From Cycas panzhihuaensis (lineage: Eukaryota > Plantae > Cycadophyta), in assembly GCA_023213395.1 (NCBI GenBank), contig CM041465.1, positions 248,007,741 to 248,071,740 of the forward strand: a DNA stretch of 64,000 nucleotides. The letters run 5' to 3'. The position numbers and the translations under genes are program-made. Positions 15,186-27,455 of the stretch are shown in pieces. Below the pieces are notes generated by a model. It was not told the DNA's origin, searched no databases, and saw only the letters and a list, made by a program, of their open reading frames with translations. Position 1 is the stretch's first letter; each line of letters opens with the position of its first letter.

Positions 15186-18100
15186 GGTGTAAAGTACTTC
15201 ATCATGGATGGGCGAAGTCTAGGACATGGTGTAAGGAGATGAAGGCTTTTGGGTTGGTAGCGCTCAATGCAGGAAGGCATTAGCGAATTTGTAAGCTAAA
15301 GAGGCCTACTAGGACGAATTAAATGGTGTGATCCATCTCTCAACAATGATTGTGTCATAGTTGAATAGATTATTTGTTTCAAGAGAGTGTTGGCTAAGCA
15401 ATTTGTTTGCTTGAAAGATTCTTTGGTGGTGTGGAAGATCAAATCAACTCTTGGTACCTTTTTTTCGGTGGAGCACTTAGGACATGAGTGAGCTTATGTA
15501 AGGCCTCTCCTCTCATATGTAACTTCTCATCATGGTTGGTTAGGTCTCCATGCTATAGTGCTACTAATCCATTGGCCTTTTTCGATTTTTGCCCACATGT
15601 GGTTCTTTTCGATTGTCTGCCTTGGGCATATTTCTTCTAATCAGTAGAAAGGTTATGAACTTGTTGGGTGTATCTTTCTTTCCTTGTAGAAAGGTTATGA
15701 ACTTGTTGGGTGTATCTTTCTTTCCTTCTGAGTGGCTAAGGTGAGCTTTGCTATGTTGTTACCCCATATTAACGGCTTTGCTTAGCTTGGTTCCCACCAA
15801 TGAGATCCTAGTGAGTAAAACTTTATTTTATCCCCTCGGACTTTTCCTTCTAATTCCAAAATTAGTGTTTGGTTTGATTGTCTTTAGAGGTTATGGTAGA
15901 GGAGTTTTTGGTGAGTTTGTTGTTAAGGCCGTTTGGAGTTTCAAGAGTTGGTTGTAGCTTTGTTCTGGGAGGATTTTATGTTTTAGTTTTGAAGATTTAT
16001 GATTCTTGGTATTGCATGGAGGTTTTCTTCGATTGTGAGAGCAGCTTTTAGTGCCTGATGTAGTGTTGGAACATTTGATGTCAAGTGAGTTATTTGAGTG
16101 ATATGCATTGGTGGTCAGGTTTCAGATTCACTCCTCAAAGAGAGTGAATCCCTCACATGGATAGACCTCCTAGGACTCTTGTTCAGCTCTGGTTGCCAAC
16201 GAAAGCGAGTCTTTGTCTCTTGTTGATAGGGGTGTAGGTGCACTCTCTTGGGCCTCTACCTATTCCATTTGATTCTGATGCTGCACTTCGTTGCTTAAGT
16301 GCCAAGTGTAGTGTTTTGATTTTTGGTAGTGGTGATTGGAGTGGAGGAATAAGGTACCATTATCTGTTGAAGGTTTCATGGCCATCGTACATGAGGCAAT
16401 GGTGCTGGCGGGGCGGCCGACCCATTGACCTATTGCTTGTGCGAGCGGCTATGACCCTAACCCTAAGTATTGGACCTCCATTTACTGGAGGGGATCATTG
16501 TTTCGTTGTTGTTGTGCTTCGATGGTTTGTGTGCTTGATAGCACCTGATTGGTTGTTTCAGAGGTGGCGTGGTGTAGGTAATATAGGCAGAGATTGTCTC
16601 ATCAATTCTTAGTATGAACACTGTGTTTGCTTATGAATTTGTGAGGGTGTTTCTCTTGATCCTGGAGATAATGGAGGCAATATCAGGTGTCCAGATCCTA
16701 GAGAGTTGGTTGGATCACAGGTCTTTGGATCAAACATCGCAGTTCCTTCAGGGATTTTACTTTTGTTGGTTGTTTTACAGGTGACAAGATAGCGAACCAT
16801 GGCTCAGTGCTTGATGTGTGTGGGTAGTCTGTCTTATGGTTATGCAACTCGATGCTTTGCTCAGACTGAGCCATTAAGGATAAATCGACTACTTCAGAGT
16901 CTTATTGATTGGTTGTTACCATTTAAGCTCATCTCTAAGTGGATCGACGATGAAACACTTGACTGACTCTTGGGTCAGCTAATCCATTGAATTCTTGATC
17001 AATCCATAATGACTAATCAGTTGTCATAGGGGATGCTTGTAATGTATGGAGATGATACGATTGGAGTAATGGTTGACACTCGGTAGAGAGAGTCAATGTT
17101 TGATGGCAGTTTTTTAGGTTGTTCGATCATATGGCTCTATCAATGTGCAAGAGTTGGTAGCTAAGCGTATTGAGTGATGGAGATATTCGTTGACATGCGG
17201 GGGCATTTCTGTTCATTATGAGATTTTTATATATGAGCCGACAGTACTGGTAGATTGGGAGCCTCGCGGTCGTTGCAGTCTTGACCAGTTTGCCCTTGGT
17301 GAAGCTACGTGGGCATTCACTATTGCTCCATTAAGAATACCATAGTTGACCATCCAATAGCTTACATTTACTGTGTGGGTAGGGGTAGCTTTGCGGGAGG
17401 GAGGGGTAAGGTTTTGCAGAATATTGGCTATGAAGTGGTTTTGTTTATATAGTTTGGGGTGGTGAGGAAGGGCCCCAAACCTGATGTGGAATGGTTGTAG
17501 GCATCCACTACCAAGGGCTTGCTTAATGGTGATCGAAGGTCTTGGCAATGATGGTATGGCATGTATATTCATCAGGTCAATGAGCATGATATTCCATGGT
17601 AGTGTAGCGGGTTCTTGGCAATCAAAGCACAAGGTTTTATGGAGTTTATGGCTATCCTTAACAATAGGCTACATTAAAGGTAGTGTTAAAGGTTTATGTT
17701 GATTGCATGTCACCACTAACAAGGGCATGCAGTGTACATAGTGGTGTTAGACATCGAGTGTGATATTTCATGGGGTTTGGTTGCCCTGTCGTCAAATTTC
17801 TAGTTGAAAATGTGTGCTCAAATTATCATTGGTGAAGTGGCGTAGTAAGATCTTGTTGTTCTAAGGATGTGATTTCATAAAGCTCATGCACCTCGAATGG
17901 AGACACGTGCTATCTTAATGATTGTTAGACGTGAGATCTTAAGGAGCTTTTAGTGGCGTTTAACTCAAGACTTCATGGAATTCATGGAAGATTGAGTATG
18001 ATGTAATTGTGTGCTAGTATTTTAAGATATTTATTCTTAAATTTTATGTAATGTAGTCCATTTTATCCCTTCATAGTTTCAGAGGGTGTGAAGATGTGTG

Positions 18101-18237
18101 TTGTCATTGTCTCCAAAGTAGACAAGGCAAGTTGCAAATCCTAGACAATTTTGGCAAAATAGTTCTCTTTGAGCCATGGCACCTTACATCGAAGGATCAA
18201 CCCCACTTTATAGGGATTGTACCTATTAAAAAAAAAA
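15186..18237 (+). mobile_element. Putative non-coding poly(A)-tailed retroposon (non-autonomous LINE-like), ~3 kb
   Basis: The block is abruptly more GC- and CpG-rich than its flanks and has no recognisable ORF. It ends in hairpin-forming ccttacatcgaagg..ccccactttataggg and A10 at 18228-18237. 5' boundary and TSD uncertain. Confidence 0.35.
15644..15727 (+). repeat. Perfect 42-bp tandem duplication
   Basis: gtagaaaggttatgaacttgttgggtgtatctttctttcctt x2 (15644-15685, 15686-15727). Confidence 0.97.
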
Positions 18238-18484
18238 GTTCTAGGCCCATATTTTATTGAGCACATTGGTTTTCACTCTTGAGGTGACACCGTGTAACAA
18301 TGTTGGGGGTTTTAATTTCAATTGGAATTTAATTATTTGGGGAGCAAAAATGAATGGTTTAGCACCTTTAATTATTATTTTCCTTTGCATGAAGGTCTCA
18401 ATAGTAAATAAGCATATAATTATTTCTAAACATATTATTTGATTTAAACCCAGGACAATTATAGCATTAGGGACACAGTAAATA

Positions 18485-18487
<3 letters not shown>

Positions 18488-18521
<34 letters not shown>
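18488..18521. repeat. (TG)17 microsatellite
   Basis: Directly visible. Confidence 0.97.
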
Positions 18522-18522
<1 letters not shown>

Positions 18523-18992
18523 TAGATATGAGTGGATATACAAACCACTAATATATATGAGTGCTTAAGAGTGCAATCTCTAGTTGGATATACTAGTACA
18601 CTTGGCCCAAATATTTGTTCTACAACCCAATTGAAGTTTTCCTCACATAAAAAGTCTCATCGGATTTGGCCTACAATAATGGCACATCTACACGTGCAAT
18701 TATAAGTCGCCTATAATGTTGATTTAGAACCTCACATCATAAGTCCATCTTGCATGAGGTGTATATAACATGAAATTATAGAAATGATAATGGAATTGAT
18801 CTGCTAGACTGTTTTATGGCTTAGGTTTAAGGAACATAATTAATAAGCATATAACCCTACACTTGGAGTGGTCTCTTAGGATTCATCTCCACCTTGACTA
18901 GCGACAAATTTGTTAAGGGCATAAACGTGTATCCCATTGTTGTATCAATCTCTTTGGATTATTTTGAAGGTGCTAAACTTTGGTATGAGATG

Positions 18993-19270
18993 GGGTTGAT
19001 TGCATGTCTTCCCTATGTTACGAACACTATGAAGGGTTGATTATATGTCACCCATTGGTTATTACTTATGTAAAGGTTTGACTGTATGTCTCCCATTAGA
19101 TATTACATGTACAAGAGGATTGATTGTGTTTACCATTGGTTATTATGTATATACAAGGATTAATTGTGTGTCTTCCATTGTATATTACATGTACAAAATG
19201 GTTGATTATGTGTCTCCTATTAGTTATTATGTGCACAAGAGGGTTAACTATGTGTCTCTTTGTTATTTAT
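18993..19270 (+). repeat. Degenerate ~41-bp minisatellite, about 7 copies
   Basis: Approximate consensus gggttgattgtatgtctcccattggttattacatgtacaaga, repeated head to tail. Confidence 0.85.
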
Positions 19271-20010
19271 GCTTGTATGAGTAATGGTTATAGTATGGTT
19301 GATTATCTTATGCTTGGTTAAGATCTATGTAGTATAAAACACACATATTCATAAATATTAAGGACAATAATCATATCTATTACTGAGTATGATATGAGAC
19401 ACATAAATCATGCTTATGCATTACATGGTATAAGACATGGATGGACACTTGGAGAGATAGTCCTAAGAGATTGACTCAATAGTAAGGTATCGGTAGTATG
19501 TTGTTCTAGACTAAGTGCATGATTCTTTTGGTTATAGTAGAATATATAAACTTGAAATGTATTAGGAAAAAATTTAGTATTGTAATAAGTACTAATAACC
19601 TGCACCAATAAATTTAAATACTAAAATCAAACATTAACAAACACCATTGACCTAACAAGCATCCTTGGGCACACTAACAATCAGTTAAGTATGTTTTTAT
19701 TCAATTGATTTTGGCTTCAGTTAGGTCAAGCTAGTTGTGATTTAACTTAACCATAGGTTACTAATTAGCAAGTCTATTATAGGAGATTATAAGGGCCACT
19801 ATAGGTGATAAACACTGATGCAATAACACTTGGAATATGGTATATTCTATTATATGTATGTTATAAGGAGGATGGTCATTAATCATGTAGATCAATGAAG
19901 ATTAAGAGGGGGGCTTATAGTGTGCAAATACCAAGATCAATAGTTTTGGGGCATTATGAAGCAACAACTTAGAAACATCCAACAATTTATTAGTAAGATT
20001 ATCATATTTC

Positions 20011-20012
<2 letters not shown>

Positions 20013-20048
<36 letters not shown>
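20013..20048. repeat. (CT)18 microsatellite
   Basis: Directly visible. Confidence 0.97.
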
Positions 20049-20050
<2 letters not shown>

Positions 20051-21506
20051 GTCTCCATCTCACTGTGTATGTGTGTGCTAAAGCTTTCTAGATGCTTTAT
20101 TAGCAAGGGTGTTAGAGCATTTGCTTATCAAAGGTGTTAAAATGCATTTAATTTGGTTCATTCTAAGAAAATAAAATTTGGAGCACTGAAAAGAACTAAA
20201 ACTAATAATTATTTATAATAGTTTATAATTTTTTATAGAAATTAATAAAGTAGAACCCTTCATAAAAGCCACATTTGTTGTTAGTATTATTGAAGTAGGC
20301 CCCACAAGTGCTAACAATGATAGATTTTGGTGATATTAGTTTCAACTTATATTGATGTTTACTATTTTTTAGACTTATATAAGAAAACCTTTAGAGAACC
20401 AATAGGTGCACAAGTTCTAATGTCAAATTATGTTTGAAGCTTTGGATTGATGATCAATATTAGTTATAACCATGAATAAATGATTATTTGGTGGCTCTCT
20501 CCCTTGGATATACATTATTTTTGTTATATTACATACATTCACCCATTTATCACTAACTCTTTATATATTTTATTGCTTTTGTTAAAAGAATTAATTTATA
20601 TTGATTGAAGTAATTGTTTATGCCAAAAACAATAAAAAAAATTGGGTATTAAATTCCCCCTAATGTGGTTTTTATTATGCCATCATACCATGAAGGTGGA
20701 AAAAGTCCTTATCAATCCCCATATATATACAAACAATGAAAGGCACGTGTTACATTCATTATCCAAATGCAAAACCATGACCTAAAAGTACGAAAGAGGG
20801 TGAGATAAAATCCTAAGATTGGGATAGTATCCAAGACATTCAATTCATGAATAAGATGGCCCATTGACAAATTTAACAATCATAAGCAATCTTGAAACTC
20901 TAGAATTATGAACATCTTGAAGTGGTTGTTGTTGCAATGATTCAGTAAGTGTCTGGTATTTTCATTGCAGTACATCAATCTTGAAAGCCAAATATTTTGG
21001 GTTTACTTTTTCCTGGCATCTCATGCAATGCTTATCCTATGCAATCATGAGCTTTATCCCAATTAAACTACCTAGGAGGGAAACCTTGATGTTATTTCCG
21101 AACCAATATCTTGGGGTTTATACCTAGCTAAAAAGCATATGAGTGCGGGGTATATTATTTGTCCTACCTTCTTAGAGCATACAATCTTACATGATCTTTA
21201 TTGGAAGAATGCCCATATTAGGGCTCATATCTGTCTTGGGTTGATTCTTACATTTAGATGATAACCTACATTGACAAAGATATCATAGTTGCACAATGTC
21301 AGATCTTGGCGGCAACATATCCGACGTTTGTCAACACCAGTTGACGGTAAACTTTGAAAGGTGTGTTAAATCCCTCTCAGTCCTACTTATTTATTTATGG
21401 GATTCGAAGACCCTGGTGTTCATCAATGCCACCATCTTCATGGGATTGATGGTTCTCTCCTTCATGCATTATCATTATGTACCCTGTGTGCCCTGATTCC
21501 ATCATT

Positions 21507-21518
21507 TGGTATCAAAGC
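21507..21518 (+). promoter_or_regulatory. Primer-binding site of element A (tRNA-iMet type, one G>A change)
   Basis: TGGTATCAAAGC, 2 nt after the LTR end; canonical form TGGTATCAGAGC. Confidence 0.85.
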
Positions 21519-22552
21519 AATCTTTCCTATTTGTAGAGCCATTGTTCAGGCATTTAAAGCTATCGTTTAGAGAACTAGCTACATTTTAATAATCTATCTA
21601 TGGAGGAGTGAGTGAGGAGTATCTCTACTCCTATTCAGTATCTTCTCTTGCTCTACAAAATTTCATTCTTCACCTTATGTATTCTACCTTTGAAAAGCAT
21701 TCCTCCTAGTCATTCTATGTTATTTATGAATATACCCTGTTTGCAGGATCGATCTACATTTGAGCCATATTTGATATATGTTTATGTAACAAGCAAAACA
21801 TCTTTATAGACATGCACTTGAGCTTGTTTGTATAGTCACATCAATATTTTGGAGAGGTTGTCTAGTTTTGGAACTCAGTCTAAGGTGTATTATCATTTTT
21901 TTTCTCAAAAGGGCTTGTATCCTCTTCTTATCCCTACTTTATGCCAATGTCTCCCTATTTTAAAATCTCAATCGTATGCCTGGTGCTTGCATGGTTAGGG
22001 ATCAATACCCTACACTACATTTCACATTTGTTAGAGCTACCACACTAACTAGTTCTGATTAGCGACCCTCTCTTCCTTTAAATTGCAACTTATCTTTAAT
22101 CACCCATACGTTTGCTCTACTTTGTCCCTGCATTGCCAAGAGATCTTTCATTATACTTGGTCCATTATAATCATTTCAAGTAAAATCTCCATAGCACATT
22201 AAGCCTCTATCTTGTGTCTATGTACCATAGTTTTCAATTTGTTTGTATGGAGTGCAGTTGTTATGCATCTGTGTCATGTCTCTAGCTGTATTATTAAAAT
22301 ATTTTATAAATTTACAAAGTATCTACATCCTTGATTAAAGTACTTGTGTCTCATTTTTCACCTGCGGTTGCATCTCTATGTCTCAGTCTTCCTCTTACTA
22401 CATCGACCAATTTCATCATTGCTCAAATAAAAATTTAGAGGTTTGAAGGATGCCCACCACAATTACATTCATATCATCTATGTACTTCATAATAATATTC
22501 TGTGCCTTTGCCTTTATTTATGTCATCAGCCATAATTGAAGACATTAAGTAA

Positions 22553-22607
<55 letters not shown>

Positions 22608-22750
22608 GTATATATATATATGTATATATATGTATATATATATATGTATATATATGTATATATATATATGTATATATATGTATATATATATATATATATG
22701 TATATATATGTATATATGTATATATATGTATATATATATATATATGTATA

Positions 22751-22791
<41 letters not shown>

Positions 22792-22839
22792 ACACACACA
22801 CACATATACACATAGATATAGATAGACAGATAGATAGAT
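22553..22839. repeat. Compound microsatellite (TC)n(AT/ATGT)n(CA)n(GATA)n inside the leader of element A
   Basis: Directly visible. Confidence 0.95.
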
Positions 22840-23493
22840 TGCATTTACCCTTAGTTGTTTGGTGATTCATATTAAATCATTTGCATTACATGCATCAATC
22901 TACATATTACGTCTCCTCTATCACAATGCATTTTTTTCCATTATTTTTTGTCATTTACGTACCCACGTGGACCTTTATTTCTTCAAATATTTGCTTCACA
23001 CAACCCTTTATTCAAACAAACATTTATATATTATGTCTACAGCTGTATATTTACATCACAACCGCCTTTTCCAAAGATGTGAACTTCACAAGAGATTTAA
23101 GGTTGTAGTTTGTCTTTCAAGTGCTCTTATGATAATATTACCACGAATCTATGACCTACAACTTCTTTCTGCTCTAACATACGCAAATACTACTAGTGAG
23201 TAATGTTGCACCATCATTGACATGCTTGTTGTATTCGTCACTTGAAGCAAGGCCTTTTGTATGGTCAGTTGATTGATTATTTTATGAAATAATTCAATCA
23301 CTCACTTCTGTCTCATACATACATAATTCCATCGTATTGCTTTTGCTCATGGAGGCAGTTTTTAATATCAAAAGTTAAAGTTTGTAAAGGCAATTTAGTA
23401 AAGTTGTTAAGGTTATTTAAGTTTAATCATTGCCTTGAACTCACTATCACTAAGCTTATAGGTCGCATTGCAGCATTTAAGTGACCAAAAATT

Positions 23494-26400
23494 CATTTTC
23501 TCTTAGATGAAGTTATGATGAACTTCAATATGTTTCATTCAGGCATGAAAAACTAGATTCTTTGTCATTTCAATAGTGCTTTGATTATTATAGTTGATTG
23601 TGGTTGCAATATTTTGAGAAAATTGTAGTTCATCCAGAAGACGTTAGAGCTAGATGGCCTTACAAGAGGATTGAATTGCTACTTAGTATTCTGCTTCAAA
23701 TGTAGACAATGATATAGTGGACTATTTCTTGGTTCTCTAAGATACAATACCATTTCCCAAGTCAAAACAATATCGAAAGGTGGATTTTTAACTCTCAATG
23801 TCTCTTAACCAGTTTGGGTCTGTGAACCTGGTTAACTAATTTATCCTTAATTACTGTAGTGAATGCCATATATCTTTGTTCCTTGCAGGTATCAGAGAAC
23901 ATGCTTGGCTTATCTCTAGTGAGATTCTTTCAAGATAGACATGTACCCTGAGATTAGTCCCACCATGAATGTAATGTCTGGTCTGGTTGAAGTGAGATAT
24001 ATGAGATTTCTGACTAGTTTCTTGCAATGGGTTTCATTTATTGGTTCCCCATCTAGACCAGCAGTAAGTTTGGTTTCAGAGCACATGGGTGTGAAAGAAG
24101 GTTTACAGTTTGTCATACCGAAGTATTTTAGTATCTATGCCGTATAATTTCTTTGATGTATAAAGATTTTGACCTTCAACTTATGAATTTCTATCCCCAA
24201 GTAGTAATGAATTTCTCCCAGATTTGTCATTTTGAAGGTTTTTAAGAGTTGAAGTCACAACGAGTTAATCTAGTTTGTATTGCTCCTAGTAAGTATTAGA
24301 TCATCTACATATAATACAAGAATGGTGATCTAGTCATTCTTGTCAATGTGAATATAAAGTCCAGAGTTAACTTCTAATCGCTTCATTCCAAGACTTCGTA
24401 GGTAGGAGTAGATCTTTCCATACCATGCCCTGGGAGCCTATTTCAGTTTATAAAGTGCTTTATTGAGTTTGCAGATAAGATGCTCTTATCCTTGCGTGAC
24501 ATATCTTGATGGTTGCTCCATGTATACTTTTGAAGGTCTCCATTAAGAAAGGCTCCTTTGACATCCATTTGATATAATGTCTAGTTATTTTATGTAGCTA
24601 AGGCAATCACTATCTTAAGGGTTGCCATTTTACTAACATGAACAAATGCTTCTTCATAATCTATTCCTTAAGTTTGAGAATACCCTTTTGCAACAAGTCA
24701 GACCTTGCATTTCTTAATTAAGCCATATGATTTTTCTTTGATTTTATACAGCCATATCCATCTAATGATGGTTTTTCCCTAAGGAGAAGTAGTGAGATCC
24801 CAGGTTCTATTACTGAGGATTGATTCCATTTCTTCATTCATCGCTTCTTTCTAATGAGGATCATTTTGGGCTTGTTGATATAAGATATCATGATGAGTAG
24901 TGAGCCTGTGATGAGTTTGGCTACTAGTTCTTTTTCCTTCTTGAATGACACCTAGATTTACTCTGAACTCCTCCACTATTTTCAAGTACCATTTTGGCAC
25001 TCTTTTTTACGAGGGGTTTGGATATTGATTTGAGTTGTTGACAACCTCATTCTATTTAGATGAATTGGATCCTGGATTTGTAGTTTCACCAGAGACACCT
25101 ATAGAGATGGATGTTGGAGGTGTATTTTCTGTTTCTTGATGTTCACCTTGATGTGCCTCAGTCCAACTTGGTATGATGATGTCATCCAATTGAGTAAGGC
25201 CAATTATCCTATCAGCTTAGCCTTCATCAAATGATTCGTCAAAGTGCACATCCCTACTGGGATAGATCTTGTTGGTTAGTGGATCTAGGCATCAATATGC
25301 TTTGGATACTTTATTGCATCCCACAAGAATACATCTCCTACTTTTGTCATCTAATTTTCTTCTCTTTTTAGTAGGAATGTGCATGTTGACCGTTGATCCA
25401 AAGACTTGAAGATGTGAGACGTCTAGTTTCTACCCTAACCATGCTTCTTCAAGAGTTATATTCTCTATTGATTTAGTTAGACTTCTGTTGAGAAGATATA
25501 CGACTATATTGGCAGCTTTAGCCCAATATTTATTGCTTATCCCCTTTTGTTTCAAGAGTAAATGAGTCATTTCTGTTATGATCATATTTTTCCTCTCAGC
25601 CACTCCATTAGATTATAGAGTGTAAGGTGTTGTGAATTGTCTCTGTATACCATTTTTCTACAATATTACGAGAATTTATTAGAGGTAAATTCTCCACTAT
25701 TATCAATCCTTAAGCATTTGATGTTGCATTCACTTTCGTTTACGACTTTGGCTTTGAATCTAAAAAATGTGTCAAATACATCTGATTTTAGTTTGAGAAA
25801 ATAGATCCAGATCTTTCTGGTGCAATCATCTATGAAAGCCAAATGATAATGTACCCCTTGCACAAATGGAGAAGTGAATGGACTACAAAAATCACTATGA
25901 ATTAGATATAATTTGTAATGTGCTCTAGTAGTGCTCGCCAAAAATTATAATTTATGTTGTTTATCCATCATGCATGTGTTATAAGTGGAGATAGAGTTTT
26001 TTATCCACAGAAGATCGTGCACCATATCATGTTTGCTTAATAAGGACAAAGTATCATAAGATAAATGACCATAGCACAAATGCCAAAGTTTTCCATTATT
26101 AACATTTTCAGTTACATGAAGGGCTGAGTGAATTAGTGTGGTGAGAAATTTGTACAGTCCATTGATTTTGATGCCTTTACTAATTACTTTGTTCCCTTTG
26201 TATTTGTCAAAAATGATACATCCATCACCATCAAATAGGACTTGAAGCTTGTTGTCGGTCAACTGAGATATAGATAGTAGAATTTTTTGTCATCCTTGAT
26301 ACATAGAGTACATGACCAACCTTTTTAGTGTTTCCATCTGGCAAGGTAATTAGTACTATTCTATGTCCTTGGATTGGGCGAATGGTATTGTTCCCAACCT

Positions 26401-27455
26401 CAACTGAACTGCTATTTTGAGGACTCGGGCTATTATACCAAGTTTATTTGTGAATCATATGTCTAAAAGCTCCAGATTCTATGAACCAATCATCATGGCT
26501 TTTGTTTTGTACTGTTGAGAAAAAAGATGTGACAAATGTGGTCTCTTCTTCTTCTTCCTTGGTTGACTCCTTTCTATTGGGTTGTCCTAAGTGGCTACCT
26601 GAAGCTATAATCCCCCTTTCTATACCTGCCTTTTGGTGATGGAAGTCAATGGTATAATGACCAAATTTTTCCATAATAATAATAGATAATTTGGTGACCC
26701 AATCATCCTCCTAAGTACTATAAGAGGATGGAGCAAGAAGAAGGACGTCCTCTACTAGGGGTGTAGTGTGTGTATCATCTTCTCCCTCCATCTGATCCAT
26801 GGTAGTTTCCTCTATTGGTGGGGACCCTGCCTAAAATGTTCACCCTGGATGAGAATGCATTCTCTAATTCATTCTCGAGGTTGGTTTCAGTTTGCTCATG
26901 ATGTAGGCATTGACCACAAATGGTAGTGAAGGAGGGCTACATAATTTCTATCATCAACTTGTAAGATGTGAAAAAGTTCTAGAATCAAGCAAGATGTTTA
27001 TGTATAATAAGATCAATAAGGTCACCATCTGAATAATTCGCTATAATTGACACCATGTTCTCATGAAGTATCTTGAATCATATAAGGAAGGAAGTGAAGT
27101 CTTCTAATTCATACATCCTTAGTATAGCCATCTAATTTTTGAGTGCCATGACACACACAATATTTTTTTGAGCATATAATGTCTTCAATGTGATGCAAGC
27201 CTCATGAGGAGTGGTGGTGCTAGTTATGTGAGGTAGTATGGAGTCTTCAATTGACAGAGTTACGGAAGCAAGTGCAAGGCCTTTTTGTTCCAAGTACACT
27301 TTCTTTTTAGTAGCATCTGCAAGTTCAGGTTTGATACTCTCCATATGGTCTCAAGCACCCTGAGCTATTAGAATATACCTCATCTTGGTCTTCCATGATT
27401 TGTAGTTGTCAGCAGTGAGTTTTTTAGATTCATCAAGTCGAAGAGAGGAGGCCAT
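23494..27455 (-). pseudogene. Copia B gag-pol pseudogene
   Basis: gag: MASSLRLDESKKLTADNYKSWKTKMRYILIAQG. PR: DDWFIESGAFRHM. Pre-IN: LWHLCYGHLSY. IN: LIHSDFCSPF..FIDDCTRKIWIYFLK..LRIDNSGEF. RT: LVLYVDDL and LIYLTSTRPDITF. RH: NNQSTIEMTKNLVFHA. Confidence 0.93.

Noticed and set aside
17090-17125. SMFDGSFLG as a LINE RNase H motif in the 3-kb element
   Set aside because: Isolated short match; the other RNase H motifs are absent at the expected spacing.
18993-19270. CRISPR-like array
   Set aside because: Units are head-to-tail degenerate copies with no unique spacers, no cas genes, and a eukaryotic TE context.
20945-20970. gtaagt...ttgcag micro-intron suggesting a host gene
   Set aside because: Only ~26 nt, too short for a plant intron, and the flanks give no convincing reading frame.
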